NCBI GenBank assembly: GCA_951406725.2
Contig: OX597825.1
Span: 61,256,001 to 61,320,000 of the forward strand
Direction of reading: 5' to 3'
Source: Octopus vulgaris
Taxonomy: Eukaryota
DNA: 64,000 bases
The stretch's first letter is position 1. Each line of letters starts with the position of its first letter. This document shows positions 41,658-53,354 of this stretch, piece by piece. The notes below the pieces were generated by a model, which saw only the letters and a program-made list of their open reading frames with translations, ran no database searches and had not been told where the DNA came from. Position numbers and translations under genes: made by a program.

Positions 41658-42034
41658 TTCCAAGAAAGTTAGAGGTTGTGAATCCAACCAACTAAGGGAT
41701 AATATCTATCCAATATACTGCTGGTAGAATACCCAATTATTAATACACAAGTGTTTTTTATTGCATTGCAATTACATTACCGAGTGTACTAAATGGGTGA
41801 TGGTAAAGAGTTATTTTACCATTAATTTATAGAGCAATAAAAAATGGAGGGGATCAATAGGTGGTATTCATAAACTTTTAGACATTATATTATGTCAATT
41901 TATTTATTTATTTACTAAAATGACAATTACAACAATACAGATATATGTATAACATATTATGCTTTACATATATAATATATAAAATACTAGTAATTATTTA
42001 AAAAATAACATACAGGAATAGAAATTGGGAAAAT

Positions 42035-42158
42035 ATCTTACAGCTGTTTCAGTCAAGAGGTAAAAATACCTCATTCTACCTTTATCCCTCCAGTAGACTG
42101 AAGTAATTAGTAGGTGAAATTGAGGTACTTGGGTGTTTCTCCAGGCTTCGTCAGAGAT
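42035..42158 (-). ncRNA. Type I hammerhead with enlarged stem-loop II
   Basis: Minus ATCT-CTGACGA-AGCCTGGAG-(long insert)-CTCTTGACT-GAAA-CAGCTG-TA-AGAT; palindromic stem III ACAGCTGT. Confidence 0.7.
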
Positions 42159-42707
42159 TTTAGAAAGTACATAAAGTTAAGCTATAAATACACACACATA
42201 TACATACTTATACATTTACATACATATGGATAAATATACATAAATACATATACCTACACTTAAATGTACATACATATTTGCATGTATATGCATACACAAG
42301 AATCAATTATTATAATTAGATGCATTATATTATTCATATTAGATAAAATATAGACAGACGTATGAGAACGTTATAAGTGGAGTCATATTGTAATTTATAA
42401 AATCAATATATCTTAAAGTTATTTTATTCATGTAAGAATGAGACTGCATATACATGAGGAACACACACACACACACACACACATACACACATATATACAT
42501 ATATATTTCCGCTCAAACATACTCATATATACATACGTATTACATGTGTTAAGAATGGAGGATAAGTGTAGTAGTTTGTATCATTATAATTATATAATAT
42601 AATAAAAATAATAATAATAATACACAAACTTATATATATTTTCATATAAACGTGATATGTTAATTTCTTTGTTATCTTTTTCTTTATGCAGTCGTTGAAA
42701 TCTTGTG

Positions 42708-42831
42708 ATCTCTGACGAATCCTGGAGAAACACCTAAGTACCTCAATTTCATTTACTAATTACTTCATTCTACTGGACAGGTAAAGGTAGAATGAGGTAT
42801 TTTTACCTCTTGGCTGAAATAGCTGTAAGAT
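42708..42831 (+). ncRNA. Type I hammerhead with enlarged stem-loop II (second copy)
   Basis: ATCT-CTGACGA-ATCCTGGAG-...-CTCTTGGCT-GAAA-TAGCTG-TA-AGAT. Confidence 0.65.
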
Positions 42832-43052
42832 ATTTTCCCAATTTCTATCCCTGTATGTTATATATTTTAATAATTACTAGTATTTTATATGCTATACATA
42901 TATCTATATTGTTGTAATTGTAATGTCATTTTAGTAAATAAATAAATAAATTGACATAATATAATGTCTAAAAGTTTATGAATACCACCTATTGACACCC
43001 CCCCTCCATTTTCTTATTGCTCTCTCTCTCTCTCTTATATATATATATGAGC

Positions 43053-43331
43053 AACTGCAGCGTGGAAAGTGTTCATAAGCCATTTAAAAAACACACAAAA
43101 TCCGTTAGATTCACTTCAACATTTAGATTTAACTTGTCAAAATATTTTTGTCGCTTTGAGACTGCGGCCTGTTCACTGACAAAATTCCGTGCTGCATCTG
43201 AATTTTCTCAGTGAACTGGTCCCGGCCTCAAAGCGACGAAAATATTTTGACAAGTTAAATTCAAATGTTGAAGTGAATCTAAGGGATTTTGTGTTTCTTA
43301 AATGGCTTTAAACACTTTCCATGCTGCAATT
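43053..43331. mobile_element. Foldback of a second Penelope-like terminal repeat family
   Basis: ~130-bp inverted arms centred near 43193, flanked by (TA)n; each arm has a hammerhead-like fold. Confidence 0.65.
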
Positions 43332-43390
43332 ATTTTCGTTCCAGCACACGATTTCTGATCAGGTCATTTGCTATGCAAGTGCATCTCCGC

Positions 43391-43439
<49 letters not shown>

Positions 43440-43504
43440 TTTGAATTTAGTTCACGGACCTACCTCCAGTACTACCTTTGCGGACCCACTGTTCTAGACC
43501 ATTG

Positions 43505-43552
43505 CATCACGTGATGTCTCGATGCTGATTGGTCAGTTAATCAGCTGTTTAC
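43505..43552. promoter_or_regulatory. Motif cluster: E-box, CCAAT box, forkhead site
   Basis: ATCACGTGAT, CTGATTGGTC and TGTTTAC within 50 bp in CpG-retaining DNA; no transcript evidence. Confidence 0.25.
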
Positions 43553-44484
43553 ATGAAATGGGTGTTACAAGACCGTAACTTTTACTTGAGAATTTGTCGA
43601 TTCGGTTTCGAATCTGCTACAGATCCAACTCCATATTTGGAGCCAGTTCGGCGTATTCAAGATAGGTGCGATTCCACAACTTCCTTAATATATAGAATAG
43701 TTATTTAGGCAACTAAGATGCTCATTCTCATTTTAATATAAATTTGGTTCTGCTGTCTACTGTTAGAGATGAAAATGTGATTATATTAATTTAAACAGTT
43801 TCGTCGTGCTATAGATATGCTAACTGGTGAAAGGTTAAAGTAGAGACTGAACACAATAAAATATTTCTGAGCTATTTTAAAATCTCTATCGATTTGATTT
43901 AATGGAGATGGTTAAACATTACAGTGTTCATAATATATTAGCAATAACCTGTTTCGTATAACCGATCTTATTTACGAAGAAAATAATTAAGCTCAATGAA
44001 TGATGAGTTTAATTTGGTGAAATAGAGAGACAGAATAGCAAGGCAGTTAATTAGCACCTGGCAAAAAGGAAAGCTGCTCACTTAACTATGGCCATTGAAT
44101 TTAATTATAATAATTCATTTAATTTAAAGTGTATTGGATTTCGGAAGTTTACCGACTATTGGAGTGATGTGAAATACCCAGTCCTTCATAAAAGATAAAA
44201 GCAGTATAATGAAGTGTTTAGCACGGCACCTGTAGCAGCATGCGTTACTCCTACTACAAGATTAATCTGTAACTGATGAGTAGAATCCAATGGCATAATG
44301 GGAGTATCCATCCGTATGATTAATACAAAATCAAATGCGATGGCGAAGATAATAATTTTTACAGAAAATAATTGTTTTTACTGTTAACTATTCTTTCTTC
44401 TATTCTAATTTAGAAGGGTCATTATGCCAATGAAAATACACGCACTGGTTTTATTTAACTTCTTTTGTTATTATTAGTCATCTA

Positions 44485-44900
44485 AGGCGGCGAGCTGGCA
44501 GAATCGTTAACATGCCGCGCAAAATGTTTAGCGACATTTCGTCCGTCTTTACATACTGAGCTTAAATTCCGCTGAGGTTGTCTTTATCTACGATCCTTTC
44601 GGGGTCGATAAAATAAGTACTAGTTGAGTACTGGGGGTCGATATAATCGACTTAGCCCCTCCACAGAAATCGCTGGCCACATGCCAAATTTTGAAATCAT
44701 TATTATTCAACTAAGGTAGAGATCTGGCAGAATCGTAAACACGCCCAACAAAGTGCTGAACGGCATTTCGTTCATCCGTGTATATTCAAGTTCAAATTCT
44801 GCTGAGGTCGACTTAGCCTTTCATCATTTTGGAATCGATAAAATAAGTACTAGATAAGCACTGGGTTCAATGCAATCGAATTTGTACCAAAATTTGAAAT
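44485..44900 (+). mobile_element. Two tandem family B SINE variants
   Basis: GGCGGCGAGCTGGCAGAATCG head and Deu/Nin-like centre occur twice. Confidence 0.82.
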
Positions 44901-44984
44901 CATCATTATTACTCATCTAGCTAACTATTTAGTCCCATCCCCCTCTCTCTCACTCTTACATTTTTACTTCTATGCGCCTTTTTA

Positions 44985-45220
44985 AAGTCTAGCCAGGCTC
45001 ATGGGCTCGGTTTCCCGGTTTCAATGGTGTATGTGTTCCTCAGCTGGACGGGACGCCAGTCCATCGCAGCGTTATTCATTTTTGCCAGCTGAGTGGACTG
45101 GAGCAACGTGAAATGAAGTGTTTTGCTCAAGAACACAACGCGTCGTCCGGTCCAGGAATCGAAACCACAATCTTATGATCATGATGCTGACATTCTAACC
45201 ACTAAGCCACGCGCCTCCAC
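44985..45220 (-). mobile_element. SINE with a family C-like head and a tail shared with the 7274 family D copy
   Basis: Minus head GTGGAGGCGCGTGGCTTAGTGG, GTGTTCTTGAGCAAAACAC centre, tail GAAACCGAGCCCATGAGCCTGGCT. Confidence 0.75.
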
Positions 45221-45611
45221 ACATTTTCACTTACTCTCCTAAAATTTAAATTTAGAATATAGAATTTGAAAACTAGGAGATAAGGCAGACCTGAAGCAAA
45301 GAGGGCATGTCACGAATGAAGAATCTGACCACTCTAGCTGATTGATTGACCTTACGATTAGCGAAGCATTCGGTTAAATAAATTGGCTAAACGGTTAATT
45401 AGTTGACTATTAATAATAAGAGAAATGAAATAGAACCAGTGCGTGTGTTTATTATTGGCATAATGACATTAGTGAGATACAGCAAAATACAGATATATAC
45501 AAAAACAAAATATTCTTTCTTCTGTTACAATCATAATTAATGGGGAGAAAGTATAAGCTTTTTCGTATTAATTATGAATGTAATAATGAAATATTTTATG
45601 GATCCAAGTTT

Positions 45612-46014
45612 AATAATATTCTTTTCTACTCTAGGCACAATGCCCGAATTTTTTGGAGGGGACCATTCGATTGGATCGACCCCAGTACGCAACTGGTACA
45701 TAATTCATCGACCTCGAAAAGATGAAAGGCAAAGTCGACCTCGGCGGAATTTGAACTCAGAACATAAAGACAGACGAAGTACCTATTTCTTTACTACCCA
45801 CAAGGGGCTAAACACAGAGAGGACAAACAAGGACAGACAAACGGATTAAGTCGATTACATCGACCCCAGTGCGTAGCTGGTACTTATTTAATCGACCCCA
45901 AAAAGATGAAAGGCAAAGTCGACCTCGCGGAATTTGAACTCAGAACGTAACGGCAGACAAAATACCGCTAAGCATTTTGCCCGGCGGGCAAACGTTTCTG
46001 CCAGCTCGCCGCCT
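45612..46014 (-). mobile_element. Family B SINE dimer
   Basis: Full B unit joined to a partial B variant; ATCCAAGTTT on both sides of the whole dimer. Confidence 0.8.
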
Positions 46015-46112
46015 TAATCCAAGTTTGATTACGAGAAAGTAACTCTAGATGCTTTGCAATATCTTTCAAGCACTTTACTGTTCGTAATTTCACTTTCGCT
46101 TTGTAATAAATC

Positions 46113-46519
46113 TATATGGTTGAAAATAAGAAATCTAGGCAAATATAGGATATTTGCGAAGTCTAGGCAAATATCACCAGCCGACCGGTGTCTGCTACTC
46201 TAGGCCGATGAAGGACAATGATCCAGAAACACGGGGTCCCTAGATGCAGTTCCGACGGCCGGGGGTGTTTGTCTCCCCTTCGTATATGTATATAAGGACA
46301 CGGAAAAAATGTGTCGAAGCTGTCAGGAGGCGTTCGATGCCTCCTAGGGCTATACAACGGTGGTGTACTCCCTACTGTCACGTTCTTGTTAGATTGACAG
46401 TATACAACCGTTCTATCGCCCCACCACCGTACATGTCTCTACGAGAGATTTAGAAATTCAATATTTCTTATTTTGATAATCAGTGAATAAACTTCACTGA
46501 GTTTATATATGGTTGAAAA
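46113..46519 (+). mobile_element. Retrozyme-like structured element, copy B
   Basis: Bounded by a 14-bp direct repeat TATATGGTTGAAAA (46113, 46506; 393 bp apart); contains a hammerhead and modules shared with copy A. Confidence 0.65.
46192..46249 (+). ncRNA. Type I hammerhead ribozyme (U4C core change)
   Basis: CTGC-TAC-TCTAGG-CCGATGA-A-GGA-CAATGA-TCC-A-GAAA-CACGGGG-TC-CCTAGA-T-GCAG. Confidence 0.7.
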
Positions 46520-47019
46520 ATTCGTCGAGAATCCAATAATGTGGTGTGTGTCAGCCATACAAGAAAGATCATTACTTTATGTATGTGTCTTTAATGTTGT
46601 CGATAGTACTCTAATGTCTAAGGAAGGAATCGGTGAACCGGGGTAAGTTACTACAAGTGGGGTAAAAATGAAATTCTTGAGGGTAGTGAGGACTCCTTAG
46701 ACATAAGTAAAATAAAAAAAACGTGTTCCTTGGTATGATGGAATTTTTTCTCCTGGCAACACTGCATCTGTCCAATGTAATGGACGCGTAAATAGATTCA
46801 TATAAATAGAATCAACAAACCTTTTGAATTAAAAAAAAATCGATGATTTCCTTTCTTTCAAATCAAGGGGGTGACGTCGATGTAAATAAATATATTTTGG
46901 GATAATTGGTTAAAAAAGTTTTCCGACTCCTGATCTAAGGAACTAGGTCACCAATTTCGCTTCCTTATTGGGGCGGCCGTGTTTTGAACTGTGTTTGTAT
47001 AAGACTAAGACTCTCTCTC

Positions 47020-47413
47020 TCTTTTACTCTTTTACTTGTTTCAGTCATTTGACTGCGGCCATACTGGAGCACCGCCTTTATTCGAGCAACTCGACCCCGG
47101 GACTTATTCTTTTGTAAGCCCAGTACTTATTCTATCGGTCTCTTTTGCCGAACCGCTAAGTAACGAAGACGTAAACACACCAGCATCGGTTGTCAAGCAA
47201 TGCTAGGGGGACAAACACAGATACACAAACACACACACGCATATATATATATACATATATACGACGGGCTTCTTTCAGTTTCCGTCTACCAAATCCACTC
47301 ACAAGGCTTTGGTCGGCCCGAGGCTATAGTAGAAGACACTTGCCCAAGGTGCCACGCAGTGGGACTGAACCCAGAACCATGCGGTTGGTAAGCAAGCTAC
47401 TTACCACATAGCC
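47020..47413 (-). mobile_element. SINE family A, CpG-intact full-length copy
   Basis: Full match with most CpGs retained. Confidence 0.92.
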
Positions 47414-48831
47414 GAATATCCATATGAAAACTTCTGGAATTTGTTGGCGTTGATATCGAAATCTTTCATTCTAGTTATGTTGATTGAATCAATAAAAGTC
47501 AACGGATTAATCTAACGAACAACAGTAAATTGTAGGTTAATGGGATAGCAACTCATCTTGTTAGTGTATCGTAATATGTGGGGAAGAGAAGCCGGTGAAT
47601 GATAAAGCTAGAAATAAACTATAACGCGTGTACGTGAGTGTGTGCCTTCGTGTGCGTACATGACTGCAATTCTGTGTGCGTGCGTATGTGCGGAGCATTA
47701 ATAGGTCTTGGTTTTCTTTTTGTGTATCAATGAGCTGAAAATTGAGCTGTAATCCTTATTCATATACTTGGATATCTTTTTTTTTATTTTATCTCCCAGA
47801 GCTTAATCGCTGCCAGAGATAATAAATGCTGACAAAGCAGCGCGTAAAACAATCCGGTTGTTTAGATGCTATAAAATTTTGTTGTTGCTGACTGATTATA
47901 AGCTATCAACCGTTCCATCTTTCTGTGTCTGTTATAAAAACCGGTAGAATCGACCAAAGCTCTCTCGCTACAGCTTTCATGTTAATAAATTCCATTTGCC
48001 TGTTACCTCGCCTTTACTGTTCCGTCTCATTAGGATTACTCCATCCGTGAATAAATAAGTAACAGTCTATAAATGAAAGCACTTTCTCCTAAACTAAATT
48101 ATCTTCATACCGATGTTTTGGATCATAAACGGATCATTCCGTTTTTCAACTTCTATAAATGCCTGCTGTATATATATCAACAGAAGTAACATTTATAGAT
48201 GGAAAAATATAAATATCACTGGTTTAACAAGTTGACGTAATATAACTAATCAACATCTAATTCTCTTTGTCAGTGCACTCATTTTGTATTCTCATATATT
48301 TGCTTATATTCACCAACCTTATCTCTCCATATAATTAGTCATTTAGCTCGAGTATGTAACAAAAGCAGCGGTGCGTGTATATGCGGGGGCATTTGTTAAT
48401 CTTAGAATCCTTTATACTCCCCACAACCTTTGACAAAGCAGCATAAATATACTTACATAAATACATACATATACGTTCATATATTTATGCGTATGTATGT
48501 GAGGGGAAAGATGTGTAAAGCTTAAGTATCAGCTTATTTAGCTGATACAGTGAAGCACCTATATGTATATTTGTTAAAGTGCCTATTCTACTATGCATAA
48601 TTAACCGTATCAAAGGCGAACTGATATAAAACCATGTTTTCATTTTATTTGTTTATTTCTTTTCTCTCTTTATCAAGATCACAGACATGCATAAGCATCG
48701 TGTCTTAAGTGGCCATCTGGTTAGAAGAAATATGAGAAATAGAGATCTGTTGAAAAGAGTAAAAATTACTGTAGGAGAATGAAAAAAGGTAACTTGTCAC
48801 GTCGCACACCCTTTGATCAATCGGTGTATGC

Positions 48832-48911
<80 letters not shown>

Positions 48912-49034
48912 TATTTATGTATGTGTGTGCGTATGTGAACATATCAACATATACACACACATATACACATATATACGTATATATAAATATGCATGTATAT
49001 ATTTGTGTTTATATATATATATATATGTGTGTGC

Positions 49035-49085
<51 letters not shown>

Positions 49086-49151
49086 TATATATGTATGTAT
49101 GCATGTATGTGTATAGGTATGTTTGTATGTAAGTATGTATGTGTGTGTGTG

Positions 49152-49191
<40 letters not shown>

Positions 49192-50037
49192 TGTGAGTAT
49201 TATTTTCTTCCACAACAATTATGAATGAACGCATTCACCTGAAATCTAATCTACTAATTATTTCATTGCTTACTGTTTTTCTTTCTGTTCTTATCTCATT
49301 TGTATATATTTTGTAAGTATTTTTTTTTCAGTAAGCTTACAAACGTTATCAATAATGATATATACATATATATATGTACATACTAAGATTCTGTCTTTCT
49401 GAAAAGGTCACAAATGTTAATTTGTCAAAGCTAATAAATGAAGCCTACATACAGCCTTGTATTAATTAATTCCGCATGAAAGATATGTGTCGCTATTGCT
49501 GTGCTTATATAAAAAGCAACAATAGACGCAAGCTAACGTCATGTCTGGTATCTGTTTTATGAGAATTTAATGAAGACTATTTAGAAATCATATACTTCTT
49601 GCAAGAACGATTCCTACCTTTTACAGTGAGCTGAGACTCGCGTCCCACGAGGAAGCCTTTAGACTAATAGATGCTGGCTCTCACCCACTAGACTATTTTA
49701 GAAATCTTAAACGTCCAGCTTGATTGGTTCCCCATGAAGAAGTCCTTGCACTAGAAGTTGAGATCTCTTGCCCACCTGACTGTTTAGACATCACCAGCTT
49801 CAGGCTTAATTGGCTCCTATGATCTGCAGTACGCTAGAACACCAGAATAACGTTGAAACCCTTACCCCATGGTGGAGGGTCCATCCGCATTCAAATTTGA
49901 AACTGCTCACCGTGGAACTGTTTAGATCATCGCAACAATTTACTTGTCTACTAATTAAAATCAACGATTCCTCATTATCTTACTCAACAGAGATGTTCTT
50001 CTAACAGTTTCTTATAAATTTACCATTCACTCCTGGT

Positions 50038-50412
50038 ACTCTTTTACTCTTTTTTACTCTTTTACTTCTTTCAGTCATTTGACTGCGGCCATGCTGGAGC
50101 ACCGCCTTTAGTCGAGCAAATCGACTCCAGGACTTATTATTTGTAAGCCTAGTACTTATTTTATCGGTCTTTTTTGCCGAACCGCAAGCATCAGTTGTCA
50201 AGTGATGTTGGGGAGGGGGACAAACACACACACACACATATATATATACGACAGGCTTCTTTCAGTTTCCGTCTACCAAATCCTCTCACAAGGCTTTGGT
50301 CGGCCCGAGGCTATAGTAGAAGACACTTGCCCAAGATGCCACGCAGTGGGACTGAGCCCAGAATCATGTGATTGGTAAGCAAGCTACTTACCACACAGCC
50401 ACTCCAGCACCT
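50038..50412 (-). mobile_element. SINE family A
   Basis: Near full-length match. Confidence 0.9.
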
Positions 50413-50621
50413 GTACTAGGCAGGTTTCTCACTCCTTTTCTACGTAAACATTCTAAGTATTCAAAATAGCTGCAAAATCACCTTCAAAGTATATTGTATC
50501 TGTCTTAAATAAAGGACATAAGTGTAATTAGTATTATGTTTAACATAAGGAATAATTAATATTTGAAAGAGGTATTTTCAAAAATGTTTATCGATAACAA
50601 ACATTTTCAGTATACGTCAGC

Positions 50622-51050
50622 ACAGGCTTGGCTCTGTGATAAGAATTTTGCTTCCCAACCACATGGTTCCAGTTTCAGTTCCACTGTTTGACACCTTGAG
50701 AGATTGTCTTTTATTATAGCCTCGGGCTGACCATGGCTTTGTGAATGGATTTGGTATACGGAAACTGAAAGAAGCCCATTGTATATATATATGTATATAA
50801 GTATGTATGTATGTATGTATGTATGTATGTATGTATGTGCATGAGTGTCTTTGTGCCTGTCTTTGTTTTCCCCTACTGCTTGACAACCAGTGTCGGTGTG
50901 TTTACATCCTCTTAGCAGGTCAGGAAAAAGAAATCAATGGAATAAGTACCAGGTTTTAAAAAACGAGCACTGGGGTCGATTCGTTTGTCTAGAATTCTTC
51001 AAGGTGGTGCCCCAGCATGGTCGCAGTCTGATGACTGAAGCAAGTATAAG
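50622..51050 (+). mobile_element. Old SINE family A copy
   Basis: Divergent match, inverted relative to the 50038 copy. Confidence 0.8.
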
Positions 51051-51071
51051 AATAATATACAATTTGATATA

Positions 51072-51309
51072 CAGGGTGGCCCAAAAAGTAGGTTTACAGT
51101 TATTCAACTACCTCTTTCGCATTCATATATCAACAGTTTAGATCTTGATTATAAAAAGAAGTATGCAACCATCATTCTATGCTAATTTAGTTAATTTTCT
51201 CAAGCTCCCTTTTCATTTTGTAAGATAGAAATTTAAATGTAATAACATGTTTTAAAAGAAATTTAAAGGGCCTACATGACAACTGTAAACCTACTTTAGG
51301 GCCACCCCA
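51072..51309. mobile_element. Tc1/mariner-type MITE
   Basis: TA|CAGGGTGGCCCAAAAAGTAGGTTTACAGTT ... AACTGTAAACCTACTTTAGGGCCACCCCA|TA. Confidence 0.82.
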
Positions 51310-53354
51310 TATATGTGTGTGGAAGAAGAAATAAAGGAACTATCAAAAGCTGAAATACATGTAATTTTAGGACATAGCTTCTGGTTACTTCAGAAATAAC
51401 CTCTCAGAGACAGGACCATTTTAACAACTTTATTGGCACACAGGCAAAAAATGCACTGAGCCCTATAGGATTTTTTATTGACAGTACACCAAAATGTACT
51501 TAGATGAGAATCATGGCTCCTAGACCCTTGCGGCCCAGTGTGCTCATACCTTAAGCCAAATATACACAAATAGGAAGCTTAGGGATGAAAATTGTTATTT
51601 AATGTGAGTCCAAAGATACATGGCTTCTGGTCTTGGTATGAAAAAATCTCTCATCACAGCTGAACTCCAAGGATTTTTTTTATGAACCTGCCAAAAGATT
51701 CTAGAACTTTCCACGAGACCACTAGACATGAAAATTGCACATATGTATTTGTCTGTCATTGCTTATCAAAAACTGATACCAAAGATGAATGCCAAAAGGT
51801 GTTATAAAAAAGCTCAGAGATATTGTCAAAAAATCACCTGTCAGTATTCATCAATGGTTTTGCTTTTTGAATATAAACATTCAAACTTTATACACAAGCA
51901 ATGTTATTTGCTCTACACTAGATAATATGAGCCTGAATGCATTATAGCTAGGGAAAATATGGGATGTTCACACCTGGAATGGACTAATTTAGGGTTAAAC
52001 AACAATGTCTGCTACTATTATTTATAATAATGATGTTTATCATTTAGTCATTTAGGCTCAAGGCTACACACGTGAGCATGTGTGTGTTTAAATGTATGTA
52101 TCTGTATATATTGTTTCTACTAGAAGCATGAAGGCTGGGTGAAGGGGCTAGTAAATTACATCAACCCCAGTGCTTCACTGCTACTTATTATATTGACCTC
52201 AAAAGAATGAAAAGCAAAGTTGAGCTCAGAGAAATTTGAACTCAGGATGTAAAGATAGACAAAATGTCGTTGGGCATCACCATTCGCATTGCGGTAGCAC
52301 GTCCACCTCCCGGTCGTTTTGGCCCGCACGGTTCCTCTGAGGGTGCTCTTTGCTGAGTGTTCGAGTAGCTGGTACATTCACTGTGAAAAAATTAGAGTGC
52401 TCAGAGTGAGCCCCGCTGGCTTTTGTCCAGCATGCTAACAATTCTGCCAGATTACTGCCTTATATGTGTGTGTGTATATGTGTATGTGTTTTGACATACA
52501 TATATATATATATACATACACATTTTATGCCTTCTAAATTTCACTCACAGATATTAGTTAACATTTGAAAGATGGAGTGCTACGTATTTGAACCTGAATC
52601 CATGTGGTTAGAAAGCAAAGATTTTACCTACATGACAATGCCTATAAGTAATTTATTTCACTTTCAACATGTTTTCTAAATCCAACTAAAATCTTTCTTT
52701 ACTTTCTACTGATTGTTTCAATCAATTACAACTGCCCAGTCATAATTTTTACTATATTTAGAGCCTAGCAAGATTAGTGCAACCTACACGATGCCAGAGT
52801 TATTATTTTTACCGTTGGCTATTATTGACAGATTTCTCAGCATTTGAATTTTCTTAATATACAAGGTTCTACAAATACACGTCAGACAATGCGTTTCGAT
52901 AATTTTTCTTTTCGTATTTGTACAAAGCTTAATGAATATTGTTATAGAGTTCATCTTGTAATTACTTAAGAGACCAATGAGAATATGTGTCCTTGTCCAC
53001 TTCAAGTCAAATGTCATTTCTAAAAATTCAATTTCCTTCTTATATTTCTATTAAATTGATATATGGATTGTTTGTCCATCATCCTTTAATAAAGCTAAAA
53101 GAATTATCCTGACTTTCAAAAATAGCTTAATCCAATATGAATTTATGACTTTACAGTTGAAAGTTGTATAAGTACTACAGGATATATATATTGTAGCCAC
53201 TCTAGTGAGACCAACAACACAACAGCAGTATTAATCTTATGAACAGTAAAAGAAGCTCTGTAATATATCTAATTAATTTGCGGCTACTTTCTGGGAGAAC
53301 TATTTTAGGCTTAAAACGGGTTACTTATATAACCCTTCATTATTTCTAAGCAAT

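Larger units (their letters stand above)
41831..43024. mobile_element. Inverted pair of Penelope-like terminal repeats (41831-42158 and 42708-43024)
   Basis: ~320-bp inverted arms, each with a hammerhead motif at its inner end. Confidence 0.7.
41199..43491. mobile_element. Non-autonomous hAT (Charlie-like) element with nested insertions
   Basis: 8-bp TSD TTCTAGAC at 41191-41198 and 43492-43499; termini CAGCGGTTCCC...GGACCCACTG; subterminal CGGACC repeats. Confidence 0.75.

Noticed and set aside
37766-44290. Isolated CTGATGA heptamers (e.g. ~37766, ~44273, also ~14468 and ~16268)
   Set aside because: No stem II followed by GAAA and no stem I, so not hammerheads
46163-46453. 72-aa and 69-aa ORFs over retrozyme copy B
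   Set aside because: Not preserved in copy A, which differs by indels; conservation follows base pairing, not codons
52784-53017. 77-aa minus-strand ORF
   Set aside because: No recognisable motif and no convincing gene structure
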